Source: Amoeboaphelidium protococcarum X5 (taxonomy: Eukaryota > Fungi > Aphelidiomycota). From it: a stretch of DNA of 64,000 nucleotides. The DNA lies in NCBI GenBank assembly GCA_023515725.1, contig JALDTO010000135.1, positions 37,413 to 101,412 of the forward strand, read 5' to 3'. Below, piece after piece: positions 12,798-26,268 of the stretch. The position numbers were made by a program, and so were the translations under genes. A model generated the notes under the pieces. The model did no database searches. It was given only the letters and a program-made list of their open reading frames with translations, and was not told the origin of the DNA. The number at the start of each line of letters is the position of its first letter. Positions within the stretch are counted from its first letter, which is position 1.

Positions 12798-14252
12798 TCA
12801 ACAACTCTCACAATCGGATGACAGCAAGTAATGTGTTTAGAAGTGATCGCGATTAGACTCTTCTTGATTAAATGTATCAACCGCGACACCAACAGGAAAG
12901 CCGCCATCACTATCACTGCAAGAGTCATTCTCTTGCTCATCTGAGCTTGTCGCTGGTCCAATGAAGTCAGCCAACTATTGCACCCTCACCTCTTGATAAA
13001 GAATAGTTCCGTCTTCAGCTTCACCACACTTAAAACGTGGGATGATACGCCCAACATCCTAGGAAACATGATGTTCTTCTTCACTGCGTTCATCATTGAA
13101 ATCATCATAATTATCTTCTTAATTACTACGGCGCACCCTTTTACTGGGCCTCACTTTATCAATGCTATCAGGAATAGGCTTTGAAGATCGCTTCCTAGTA
13201 GATTTCATAGACGACGACTATTTCAGCGGGGTGTAAGAGGCATTTGCAGCAAGAGGATTAGAAATACGCGACACTTGTAATTTCTACTACTCAGATGGCT
13301 TTCTTAGTAGACAGATAATGAGCGCCTTTATCAATCGATCACCGAGAGGCTCTGATGCATTGGCGCCATCCTCCTCTGTCAATGGATACGTGAATACTTC
13401 ATTTCGGACCTCATTTTCAACAAAGATTTTAAAGCGCACAGAGTTGAGAAGAAAGATGGGTGCATTCAGCGTGTACAATGCGGCAAACATCTGAGCAGTT
13501 CTAGAATCTTGATACCAATGCTGATGGACAGGAAATGCAGTACGACTTTTCAACTCTGTACCAATAAACGTAAACGAATTGCAATTATAATCTTGGAAAC
13601 AAACGTCCATACAAGATTGATAATCATACTCAGGCTTGGCCATGATGCCCCCAATTCGCGTTTTGCGTTCGGCTGATGGCATTGCTGCAACTTAGAGAAT
13701 TGAAGCTATCACACCTACCAGTATAGACAACAAATTGCCAATATTAGCCTCAGAATCAGCTTCACGTAGTTGAGGCAAATACATTTAAATCGTTTGATTA
13801 TCCTTGACCATCTACCAATAATAAATCCAATCCTAGCGCGAAACCTTGAGCAGAGCTGCTAAACTATCAAGCCCATCATCCTCACAGCCTAAAGGTTGAA
13901 CATTTCTGTAAATAGCCGGATGGAATAAAACATGCTTTAACTTTGATGCATGTGGAGTAACAATTACATGTGTCTATTTCTCTTAATCACGATCATCCGA
14001 ACGCGAAACCAGCCTGACAGACGCCTTTTGAACAAATTCATGGAGCTTTATACAATGAGATTAAATTAGGTCTTGCAAAGGAGTTTCGAACTTCTGCCCC
14101 ATATCATCATCGGAATCATCTTCAACATAATCTAGGATATCAACGGTTGATCCAGATCTAGAGGAATTTGCCTCTATGTAAGCACTTGGCTCTACTCGAA
14201 CTTATTACGGCATTAAAGTCTCAAGACTCTGATTGAACGTAGGTATGGACAT
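12798..14252 (-). CDS. Uncharacterised PD-(D/E)xK-like protein, 484 aa, paralog of 6654-7886
   Basis: Open frame. MDVCF...GTELKSRTAFPVHQHWYQDSRTAQ...FKIFVENEVRNEVFTYP. The C-terminal GTILYQEVRV matches GQPIYTKVRV of the paralog. Confidence 0.7.
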
Positions 14253-14639
14253 TTGACGCGTTAATTAGTATTAGTTAAGTACTAATAGAAATAAAACAAT
14301 GACTCAGAACAGAAGAAGGTTAAGAGTTTGCCGCCGTTGAAATCAGTAACACATAAAACACCGCTCTGAAAGTGTTGGAGAAGAGCAGAAAAAAATATCG
14401 TGATTTTCAATTTTCGGCTTAATTGTTGCTTAAAGCTTCCCTTACAGGGCGAACATGTTTCGTTACGGCGATCTAATTGCTATTATCATAGTGCTAGGAT
14501 GCAAACTTAATTGAGTCAAATAAATAATAGTTGTGAGAATACAACGAAAAAGAATGACAGATAAGCAGTATCTCCGGTCTTTCAATAATCAGTCGCAGAC
14601 AACGTGATGAAACAGCTCGAATTATAAAAATTTATTAAA

Positions 14640-15120
14640 TCAAAACCAGAGTGTCTTCCATTGCTTTCTAATACTATGCAAAGTCGTTCTTTAGCAGAAG
14701 CAGCTAAAGTTTCGGCCAATTCAGGAGGTAATTCGTTCAAAATCTCGAAAATTTGCTCAATCAGCTGCTATTTTGATTGAGGAATTCCAATTATTTTTTG
14801 ACTTCTTTACTAAATAATTGCCCAAAGTACTCAGCAGGATTAAGATCCAGCGATTGCGGAGGCCACAGAAGGAGTGGTACGTTAATTTACGCCAAAAAGT
14901 CCATCACCACCTTAGACTTGTGACACGGCGCTTTATCCTGCATTAATGTCATGCGGATTCCCACATCAGCTTCCATCATATCAAACTCAGGTATTAGATG
15001 TGTCTCGATGATATCAATATATTACTCGCCTTCCATGGTCCCATCCACCACCGCAAGCGGCCAAAATTCAAATTTGGAGAAACAGCCCCACAACACATGA
15101 CCCCAAAATCACCCTACTAA
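14640..15120 (-). mobile_element. Tc1-type transposase 3' remnant (frameshifted)
   Basis: WGCFS...DGTMEGEQYIDII...LMQDKAPCHKSK...WPPQSLDLNPAE, then a frameshift into LWAII...QLIEQIFEI. Confidence 0.85.
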
Positions 15121-15143
15121 AAATATATTAAACGGTGCCTGGA

Positions 15144-16128
15144 TCATAAATTACTTGCGTTTCGAACACCATAGCTTTGCATAAGACTAAACTCAAATAG
15201 TATTCTCAGTATATTGTTCATCAGGCTATGCTTCTTCCATTCACACAGTTTGGTCTCAGCAGCCTTACTACCTAAACGTCGAAAGTACATGACAAGCATC
15301 TCCAGATTGGCCGCATTGACAAACAGCCTTAATACAGAAGACTCTTTAAGCTTGGCAAGAGCAATGTGATTTGCACCATCAACCGTCAGCGGACGAATAG
15401 TTTGGTAGCATGTGACCAACGATGATTTGCTGGCAGTGCTAACGGAATCAGATGTGCCTGCCAGTTCTGATACTACAAATTACGCGTCACGGAGATGAGT
15501 TCTCAAAGCAGCAGAAGGCAATGGATCATTGTTGCTCATTTTGGCAGGGTAGGAATTAGAAGCAGAAGAACCAGCAGAAGGCATAGATCTAGCACGCGCA
15601 TTCTTGACTGCAGTTGTCAGTTGATTACGGGCGGAGCGAGTATGACGCGTACTAGTTTGGTGTGTTAACCTGTCGCAATGGAAACATTCAGCATCGCCAA
15701 GCAAGTGTATTCCTGTGATTTGATAATTTTGACGATGCTTCCGCATCGAGAAGTACCATACAAAATTATACTTGTTTCCATCTTTGACGGGGGTTTGCAG
15801 ATTTTTCACGAACACGGCGCCAATAGTCTGCATCAAACTCAATCTTGAACTGCGTCATGTGTTGTCTAGAAGCATTGATGAATTATACAGTCTTGGTCCT
15901 CTTGCAGTAATCAATTTGTAGCAGAGGATCATAAGGACTTTTAGTAGTCTCGCAAATGAGCTACTTGACCATCCACCCATCCAATTACCAAAGCCTCTTC
16001 TCTATCATTTTCTATGAACTTGACAAAGAACCGACATTGACCGCGTTACCTGCCAGTCTGATGATAGACACACTTGCCCTTTTAATCTTGGTGGACTTGG
16101 TGCAGAAGGGGCAGAAGAATTTCGTCAT
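15144..16128 (-). pseudogene. Possible degenerate hypothetical gene (two overlapping frames)
   Basis: One frame opens at ATG 16128 and a second TGA-free frame runs 15854 to 15144. No family recognised. Confidence 0.25.
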
Positions 16129-17157
16129 TGCAGTAGCTTTCACTGATTGACAAATGTCATGCAATACACATTAACCAATAAATGGCCAATCATCTGTTTA
16201 GGACGCCTTTAACTATCTGGCTAGCAATACCAAGGATACCTTACAGACATTAGTATTGTTTAGAATATAATTGTTTAGAAAGAAAAAGAAATATACATAC
16301 ACATGTCAGAGTTTATAAGGACACACAGGGTAGTAGGACGTAACTAATGTAACTGTCACATTGGACGTACATAAACTGATTGCCGCTATTGTGATTAAAA
16401 GTAACGCGAATGATTAATGATGCTGTAATGATGTAGTACATTACAATGAATAAAATGGATGAAAATGAATAACACAAAATATGTATACTTTAAATAAAAG
16501 ATTTGATAGGGATGACACAGCTTGGTATGAAACTACCAGACACTTCTAGTGCTGCTTTACATATCATTTATCTGACAAGCCTTGATTGGCAGGTGAAAAC
16601 GCCTGTATAAATCAGGCCAATATACCACCTGCCTTAGAGTTGAGATTTGTATATTAAATTTTGCATGGTATATGTAATTTTTTCATATTATTAACTAAGA
16701 TCACATAGGATTTAAATAAAACACGTAATCTATCATTCTATTTTACTATGACATGTTTCTCCAACTCGGGTTTAATAAAAAATACGCATTTCTCTAGCAG
16801 GGTTTGCATGGATGCGGAGAAATGGCGTTTTTTAATGTCCAAACTGTATTTGCTATTTATAGGTCAGAAAATTATGTTTCAAATTCTAATTTTTTCATTA
16901 AAATAAAATTCATACTTTATAGTATATGATAGTGTACTCATATTAATTGTTTCGCGTTGAAGAAAAAGTTTTTTATTATAATAACTAAAGTAAAAAATTA
17001 CTCTCTCTTACAATCCGAGGCTGATAATCGTATTTGTGAGCGTGAAGGTAAAGAGCGTGATAAAAGACAAAGCAAAAGATCTAGATAGTAGAACAAAACA
17101 ATGAGTCGAGAGCCATTTAACAGGTGATCTATTCAGACAATATGTTACACTGGGAAA

Positions 17158-17963
17158 TCAGTACAAGAAATTGTTCTCTTTCCTCCAAGCGAAATACTGA
17201 GCGTGGTACTTCATCACCACTTCGATCACATCATCAGACACCAAAATGCGCCAGCCATGGGTGGGCAAATGAATTTCATCAACCCAAATCAATTTCGAAG
17301 CTTCGGGCGAATTTTTGGTGAGGCCCTGGAAATAGTCTCTGCGATCTATTGATGAAAATGGATTCCTTCTTAAGTCTATAAATGCCACAGAAGGACAACT
17401 TAGGATAGACGTGATGGCTCCATCCACTTCCTCGCGATATTGCCCAATCCCATGAACGCGGTTGCTCGACAAATCCAAGATCAGTCTAGACGGAGCAATC
17501 AAATTACGCCTGTACAGATCTTCAACCATAGCAGATATATACTTCATATCGGAAGACAGTAGGTTATTCATTGACATACCAATATATCTCAGTGTGGACT
17601 TATCTACAACACCATCCATCAACCAATTATGGAACTTGGATACAGTCATGCGCTTTTGCGTCACACTGGCAAGATCAGCTGCAACTAACAGACCTGAGGC
17701 ACGTATTGAGACAACATCATTTTTGGCGACGACCTGTATTTCCTTTTAGGGTTCCATCGAGCGCTCGTGCAGCGGCATCAAGTATTTTTTTATGAAGACT
17801 CGCATCAGCAAGCGATGGGCTGGTTGCACATCACCAACTAGGCATCAGGGTCGTCAATTTCATTCAAGTCCGCTACATCCAACTCATTGAAATACACAGC
17901 TAATTTGTCAAATTTGACTCTTTCTTCGGGCTCTTTACACAACTCGTCCAGGATTTTGGACAT
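17158..17963 (-). pseudogene. Hypothetical protein with LRR-like motifs and one apparent frameshift near 17845
   Basis: IGMSMNNL, LDLSSNRV, IDLRRNPF repeats. The ATG frame (17963) must shift near 17845 to join the frame ending at TGA 17158. Confidence 0.5.
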
Positions 17964-19567
17964 TGTATCCAATCAGTATTAACAATTAAATGAACTTTAC
18001 CGCGAAACGATGAAGAAAGCTGATAATTTTTCCTTGTTGAAAAAGAAAAAGAAGGAAAAGGCGGCTGGGTTTAACTCCATCCTGGTTTCTGCTGTCACAG
18101 CTCGCGGGAGTTTGTTCTCCAATCAAACGGGACTACAGACGGTTACTTGTTCAGAAGTGTGTTAATTGATAGAGCAGTTTGCTTACTAACCAAAAATTAG
18201 AATACCGTTATAGAGAAGGGAATGAATTCATATAACAGCTTTCAACTATACATTCAAGACCTGGAATTGTTGTAGTGGAACTAGTGTCATGGCAGGAATA
18301 CTGTGGAACTCGATGCGCTCGAGGACAAACTTGCTTCTGAGTTTCAACCTAAGGACAGTATAGGACGTGAATGCATCGCATATGGCAGCTTAGACAACTG
18401 TGCGTCAATAGCAAAACCACGATATTTGCATCTACCTCAACTGTGATTACTAATGTGGGAACTCATCAAACATAGTCTTGGCCTGCTGACGAGGATAAAA
18501 TATTTTGGGTAAATTATTGGATATTCCTGATCACAATCTTTCTTAACCGTCATAGTCTTCATGATGGGTCTTTGATTCAAGACTTTATTACTGGCTAGAG
18601 CTTCTAGAATTTATACGTGACGGGAAAATTATTTCTTAGGAGGTGTACAAGGGGTATTATAAGTCGTACAAGTTATTTGTGGCCCCGATTTAGAGGTGGC
18701 AAACTAAAAGACCAGATGAAGAAAAGGGTTTTTGTTGATAAGATAAGTGTATCATCGATTGTCAGATAAGTTTGTAAGGACACGACAGATGAATACACTT
18801 TATTTGACCGCTTGAAACGCTGTGCCGAGAAGGTTTTATTCTTTGAATTGCGGTCTCAATTGAGCAATGGCTCAACATTACACCTTGTTTCATATTTGAC
18901 AATGTGTGATTTCTGCACTCTGGTCTTGGATGCTGTCATGACCTGCAATGGGGTAAAGACGGTGCATTGCAGAGCTAGAGGCCTAAAATCTGGAGAAATG
19001 TACAATCTTTTCGGCGAATCAACTGATGCTACAATGACTCGCCCTTGATTTGACTTGTCTGGCTTGAAATCTACTACCCTGGAATATCTTGACCTTAGTT
19101 AGACATATATCAGTTTCTCTGTCATGGGCTTTGGGGCTTTACCTGCAGCCACCACTCACTGGTATTTCACTAGTACAAGGCTAATATGTGAATGATATAA
19201 ATTGATTCTTTTGAGACGTACATGTCTGCTTTTAAGTGTAAAGGCATCACATTATCAAACACGTTAGTGCTGACTTTTAATCATGTCTTAATCCAAGACT
19301 CATCTATGATCTAAACGAGAACTACAGAGCACATCTACAGGTGAAGAATATCAGAGAGTAATTCGAGACATTCGAACATCTCCTAGACCATATCTATAAT
19401 CGTTCATTGGTACCAAAAAGTTATAGAGCAAAAAGGAACATTATCATAACCATACCTTTCATATTCTCAGCGTTAAAATCTCATGTCTCAATAACTTTTC
19501 TCTGTCCAGAAAATCTTTGAAATCGTTGCTTAATCAGTCACCTTTCGAAGTAATAACTGTAAGCATG

Positions 19568-20684
19568 TACAGTTTGTCCGCGCCGCGAGAAACCGATCAG
19601 CGCACCAACAAAAACATGAGTGATAACGGGGATAATAATAGATTAAATGACTTCTAAAAAGGCCAAATTCAGGCTTTAAAAGATTTTAATTTCTCATTTA
19701 ATCAAATAGCAAAATATTTAAAAGTCCCATTGTCCACTTCCCATTGTCCACTATCAAGTCATATTGATACCGTAAGCGCGATATTGAGGAATTGGGCGAG
19801 AAGCCGGTGGTCATAAAGCGCACAACGGATGGCAACGTAGGTCGTATCATAAAACGTCTGAGGGATGAGAATCCCTCATGGACCATCAGAGACATTGAAA
19901 GGGAGCTTCCAAATCATTCGCAGCCAGGAGAACGCGCTATTAAGCGGACCGCTATCAGCAAGTATTTGGCTCGCACAGGGTACTAATACATCAAGTTAAA
20001 GAAGAAGTAGCTAATTTCTGAGCGTAATATAGCCAAAAGATTGCACTTCTGCAGGAATGGAGTACTTCAGGAAGATTTGTGGTGGATGTAGATCCTTTGG
20101 TCCGACGAAACTACGTTCAGAAAGATCCTCAAGGATAGAGAAGTTTATATGTGGGTACACTCAAGCACTCCGGAGGATTAGATGCCCTTAACCTTCAAGT
20201 TTAGGCGGGTGGTTTTCAGTCATGTTTTGGGGGTGTTTTAGCTTCTTTGGTCTGGGGCCTCTGGTGGCTCTGGATGATAACATGAATGCAGATTATTACC
20301 TGTAAATCTTAGAGGAGTTTGTCAAACCAGAGATCAACGCATCTAAGGAGGTGCACGGGGTCGATTTGACCTTTATCCAGGACAATCAATGCCCCTTGTC
20401 ACAAGGCGATGAGGGTCATGGACTATTTGAAGGCGCAGAAGGTCGAAACATTGGACTGGCCAGCTCAAAGTCCGGATTTGAACCCTATAGAGAACCTGTG
20501 GTCCATCCTTAAAAGAAAGAGAGATAAAAAGTATGGTGTCCCCATGACCCGTGATGAGTTAATCGACCAGGTGTTCGCTGTGTGGGATGAAATCGATGAA
20601 GAGCTGTGTAAGAACCTTGCTACTAGTGTATATAATAGACTAACTGAGTGTATTAAGGCATATGGTAAATAAACCAAGTCCTGA
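19568..20684 (+). mobile_element. Tc1/mariner element with full-length but disrupted transposase (ATG 19616 to TGA 20684)
   Basis: HTH N-terminus (FQKGQIQAL...FNQIAKYLKVPLST), ILWSDET, FWGCFS, FIQDN, WPAQSPDLNPIENLW. A 14-bp tandem duplication (tcccattgtccact) near 19726-19753 and further frameshifts disrupt it. TA|CAG at 19568 is the putative left end. Confidence 0.88.
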
Positions 20685-21633
20685 ATAAATTTTTATTGAT
20701 CAATTTTATAAGTTTCAAACTGATCGGTCAAAATGTAGTTTTCCCTAAGAACTTAGCAATAATTTGCAGGGCAGGGTTGGGCCTACCCAACTCAAGGACA
20801 CTTCAACTATGCTGGGCTGCTGCATCAAATCACACATTTCTGACGAAGCTCTTTCAGTGGCCCATGGATATTAAAATTTGAGTGAAAGGCGCAAAGAGCT
20901 GATAAGCGCACTTTTTAAAGGGGATTAATACCTACCTTTACTTCGTTTTTATTATAGTACTATACATACCATTTTAAATGCAGCTTTTACCACAGATTGA
21001 GTTTACGCGCGCGCAGCCTTGTTAGTTTCACTATATTCTTTCGCGATTGTGTTCCCGCGTTAAATTTGTATCCTGTTTCGGCCGTTTTTAGTCTGATAAT
21101 GAACTCTTCTCGATTGTTTCAGACTTCCATCTTAATTATTAGCGACTAAGATCAATAAAATGGTACAATGCACTGTAGCAGATATTCTTGAAAATATTGG
21201 AGAGTTTTCCAATACCTCCAATATCCTTAGTTGTCATTGTTTCGACTGTGCGGCAAGAATTAATTTAATTGGCACGCCTTAATCGTGAGCATCGGAATCG
21301 GGCGATTTCGGCGTCGGATCGCCAGTCAGTTCCAACGGCTCCTTGTATAAATCCAGAGAGTTCGACGTGATATGTCCCTTGTTCTGAGTGCTGTTCATTG
21401 GAGCCGGACTATCATTACCAGGAACAACTCTAGCCATATTCACAGCAGAACCAATAAACTTGGGCAACGAACTGTGCGCGATAAGCTCGACTTCTTGATA
21501 AGTTTTCGGCGGGCTCAGAAACTTGGCGGACGAGGATGCCTTTTTGAAGTACCGAGCGATTTTGCTTTGGCGCATCCGTTGTTTCTATTTATTGAAGTGA
21601 CAGTTTGTAATAACTCTCAAAGTTATCACAATC

Positions 21634-22281
21634 ATGCATCTGGAACATCGAATTCCGTGGAATGCTCTGGACAAAGTCCTCAAGTATGAACAGCACCCGA
21701 AAGATCCGAATAAGAAGCGGCTCTTGGTTGACGAGGCTGGGCTCTCTGTTGTCGGACATTTTGCGCGATGTCTTCATGACGCCATTACCGAGTTTGAATC
21801 TACAGACAAGAGTTCTCTTACAGAGAGGGAACGGTACAATATAAGATCATGGAAATGTAGCTATGGCTAGCCGATTCAGCTTTCAGGAGGGTAGGGCTAT
21901 TTGGGAAGCAAAATGAGTGTTGTGGCTGGTTACGTGGAGCTGAATCTCCTACTTCTGAATTGGTCAAAGTATAGGTAAATACTTTTCTCTCCAAGCTACG
22001 GACGTGACTGGGTCTTGGATGTCTGTAGTGGGCAACGCGATGGCGGACATCCCGAGTGGTTGGCGCAGAGGATGCGTGCCATTTGGGACAGCGATGTTCC
22101 CCCTGAAAACACGACTGAAGTGGCACAAGCAATGTTGGACCATTGTAAAGATCTCTTTCGCTGTATGTACACATCAGGAGGCGATCTATTTACAGCCTTG
22201 GAAATCGAGTCTACGATGCACTGGGTATTTGGACTTTGGCGCTGGGAACTCTATAATGAAAGACCTAGTGAAGTAGCTTGA
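21634..22281 (+). CDS. Hypothetical ORF upstream of the tyrosine recombinase
   Basis: 215-codon TGA-free frame joining two track ORFs. No recognisable domain. Confidence 0.3.
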
Positions 22282-23203
22282 GGGACTACAGTGCGTTTCA
22301 GATATTTATCCACTTTTTACCATCATGAACTACCAACTCTTGTTTAACTCTTGTCCTTTATACTCTTTGAACACGCAATGGAAAATTTTATAAAATTGAT
22401 GGCACCAAGTGATCTTCCCCATGTCTCCATATAACAATTCTTGATTGATGAGAGGGCATTCTCAGTACTTTCCATAGTCAGGAAGTCGTCAAGCGGAATA
22501 CTTTCCATCTCCTTCAGCAATCGCAAATTATATACCGTAATCTGCATCCGAACTTCATCAAGATAAAACAAATGTCGGCGAACAGGGGCGTGCAATAGCA
22601 ACCGATATCCATTCGCGATTGAACCAAATCGCAGTTTCCACTTCTCGCTGAGACAGAAAATACATCGGCCTACGCAAGCTTTCCATCTTGGAGGAGTTTG
22701 CGATAGAAATGACGGAAAAGTCAGTCCCTGCAAACATTGGATAAATACGTACACCAGCAACAGAAGAGGCCATGCTGTCACCGAGTAAGTTTAGCAGATC
22801 CTAGAGTTGTTCTTCGTTTCACTTCTTCCTGCCACCGACTCTATGAATCGGTTGACACTCGTCAACACATCAAGAAACAAATACAGACTCTCATCTGCGT
22901 TCATCATTCCAAGTTGATATACTTCTGGCGAATAACATCGAGAGCCAAACGAAAGGTTATTCCCGCGCCAGTCACCGACAATGACGCGGTAAACATGTAA
23001 GCAAACATATCACCATTATCCTCGATGCAACAACGATGCAAATGTAAGAATTAATAAAAAGTTAGTATCAGCTAGATATTGTATTGTATCTGACTCTTTT
23101 AAAACAAATAAAACGCTTGTTTTCTTTTGCACCGGTAGTGTTTTGCACCTTGCACCCGGAGAAACGCACCGAACTCGCTTTGTTACAATCTCGACCGTCT
23201 CGC

Positions 23204-25636
23204 ATGTCTGGCAGGAAGCGTTCTAGAGCAGTGTAGAGTGACTCGTAGCCATCTGGAGGTGGTATCACCACCTCCAACAGTAGTACTGGCATCCCAGCCG
23301 TTGATGAGTGTGCTGGTGTTGGCAGTAGTGTCGGCGTATCCGCCTCCTCAAGTTCTGGTCTGGCTGGGTGCGAGGCTGAAACAAGTGTTGTTAGCATGAA
23401 TCAAACTGCTGATATCACTTCACAAAGTTCTGCTCAAGTCAGTGCTGCTTTCAATAGGTAGCTGGAGAATGAAGATGAAGATGACGACGACGATTACGAC
23501 TCTGATGATGGTCTGGATGATGAGCAGTTGGCGAAGAAGGTGAAGAGACGCAAGAAGTCGGAGAACAGCCATGTGTATCGCATTGAAGCGGCGTACAAGT
23601 ATAAGCTGGATGAAGGCATTGGAGAGACGTTGAAGCTGCTGAGGTTGACTCGATCCGACGTATCTGTGCCACTCACTGGCGGTAGGCCTTTGGCTGTGAA
23701 TAGTATGTAAGCCTACTAGAAGCATTACAGAGGATTGCGGTACTTTTTTGCGCTAATTGGTGACTACAGCTCGAGTTTAATGCTGCTTCCTAACCCCCCG
23801 CAGTACACACCGTCAATGAACGCCAAGAGCATCATTTTGTTTATCAAGTTCAAGCGTAATGAGAAGGGTTCTTTGCTAAAAGACGAGAATGGCAACGCTG
23901 TGAAATGTGTCTATGGGCACGATATCAAGTGCTAGGGTGGTTGGAATATGCCACAGAATGTTGACCAGTTGTTATCGGCTGTCTCTGTGCTGCATGATAG
24001 TCGTAATTAGAGGGGGGAGTACAGAGATATCTGCGAAGAGTGCATCCAACGTTCTGAGCGTGGTGATAGATCTGGCTGTCGGTTCCATCCGATGGCTCCT
24101 CGTATTTGGCTGGGTGGAGATCCAAAGAATTCTTCCCTCATGACTAACATGTAGAGATTGAACTCCCGCGATGGATGCAGCTACGTGTCCGAAGGCAGCT
24201 AGCCGCTCACACCTTGGGAATTACTACGTCTCCGCGAGTATTTCATCTCGAAAAATGATGCGAAGTCATTCATGATGTGGACGATGATTATCGTTAGTAT
24301 CAAGCTATTTCTGCGCAATGATGAAGTCACCGATTTGAAAATTCATGATCCTAGGCTGGAAAATTGTCTCAACAAGGATCTTGCGACCTTTCAAAGTGAT
24401 GGCAGTATATCTTCCCTTGCTTTCTACATTAAAGGCAAGTCTGATCGTGTTAGAGTGTGCTTGACTCTTTGGACGGATTATGATGTGCCCGAATTGTGCC
24501 CGGTTCGTGCGCTTTTGACGTGGATTTTTATTTCTGGGATTAGAACTGGATTCTTGTTCCCTCAAGAGAGTACACTGGATGCTGTGAAGCAAGTTGGGCA
24601 TGCGGCGTACAACATCTCTTACGTATCTTATCATAGGCAGTATCAGAAAGCTTGTAAGATTGCTACCGGCAATCCCGATGGTAAATTTGGTACGCACACT
24701 AGTAGGAAGACTGGCTATTTGCTTGCTGTTTGGGGAATGGGATCAGAGATTGACATCACTAAGAGTGCGCGACACGCTTCGTCCGCTAATGCCGCATTGT
24801 ATAAGAAGGATGCTAGCTATTTGCTAGAATTAGCGAAGACTAGACGTTTGGACGTGTCTTCCGTGGTAAGCAAATTCAGATCAGCCTACTGTGAGTAGCT
24901 ATAGATGGCTCGCAGTCTGAATGCTGCCCATTCTAGAGGCAATTTTTGTCTGCAGCAGGTGAGTCAAGAGATTGTTCGTAGCTTATGTGGATTATCTGAT
25001 GTTGATGCAGTTGGTGGACCTAGAGTGATTTACGATGCACTTCTCCAGTTGCAGAAGAAAGAGACTGTGCTGCAGCTTATTGAGGCAAAGTTGAAAGAAA
25101 TTGCACCTAATGCCACTCCGGAGGAGATTAATGAGCTGCGTAGGATGCTTGAGCTTTATGCGAATGGATTGATTGCTGCCACTCAATCAGCTAAGTTGAA
25201 GTAGCCAAAATCTACTCTGACTTCTCAATAATCTTCTTCCAGATAGTTACGTGAACAAGCTGCGGTTCACTCTGATGATGAACTCTATGAATCCGATGAA
25301 GAAGACACTGACGTAGCTGATGTTGTACCTGCCATCACAGCTGTTCAGTAGGATGAAGTTGTGAATGATATGCCTGGGAGAGAGAAAGTGAGAAAAGCGA
25401 AGACTGCCATGGCGAAGTTGGAGGCCATTCTTGCAGTGGATGATCCTGGCTCAACCGTCGGGTTATCAGCTGGCGCCAAATCATTCTACGTGAAGCAATA
25501 CTGCCCGATCATGAAATGTCTGAGAAAGCACTTTGGCGGTGATTTGGATAAGTTCATCGCACATTGGGGGAACTTCAAACCAACTAGCTTCAAGACAAAC
25601 AATTGCTCTGGTACCATGGATGAGTGTAGTATTTGA
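23204..25636 (+). mobile_element. Intact Crypton-like tyrosine recombinase, 810 aa
   Basis: Five track ORFs join in one frame with TAR=Gln. Catalytic R (LFLRNDE), K (KGKSD), HxxR (GTHTSRKT), H (SARH) and Y (ALYKKD) are present, plus LCPVRAL. Confidence 0.88.
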
Positions 25637-26268
25637 ACAAGACAGATAATATGGAGACTGAGATTGAAAGTGGATTTAATACAAAAAGTTTAATGCAAAA
25701 TCATTGAGGATTTGTTTGAAACAACTGACTTGTCTGTTTTCTGCGAGATCACCGTCGCGCGCTCGATCGCTCGCGCATTCTTCCAACGTCAACCTTAACG
25801 GTTTCCGTTTTTGCACTTTGCACTTTTAACAATAAGAGCATTTTATCCTCAAAGGTGAAGAGATAACACCTTTGAGATCATTAACTCATAATCATGATAT
25901 TTTATATCACTTTTCAACCTTAGACGATCCGTTTCAGTGCACTCTCACAATGAACGCTCATTAAATTTGCAGAAAATGCGTAACTATCCTGCGAAATCAA
26001 AAGATTCCGATCTAACATAATTGCAAATTCCTACATCTACCCCAAAGGTAATGTTTGAGATTTCTGTTCAAGCCAGAGAATGGTAGATTACAGCCAGCGC
26101 AAAGCCTTAGGGGTACAATTTCAAAGACAAGGATCCAACATATAGGTGTGTTATTTCAATGAATTACATTACACATTCCTCCACTTTTTCAAAATTTTCA
26201 ATCTTCTTCTGGACCGAATTGTCAGTCAATTATCTTATTGCAATTTATCGACGAATTGTCATTTGTTC

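Noticed and set aside
16588-16633. Nested short inverted repeats (ggcaggtg...cacctgcc around gcctg...caggc)
   Set aside because: Arms are only 8 and 5 bp and no RNA family is recognisable. Compatible with chance.
20700-20745. Right terminal inverted repeat for the Tc1 element
   Set aside because: Only accgatcag/ctgatcggt (9 bp) matches the left end, so a full TIR cannot be supported.
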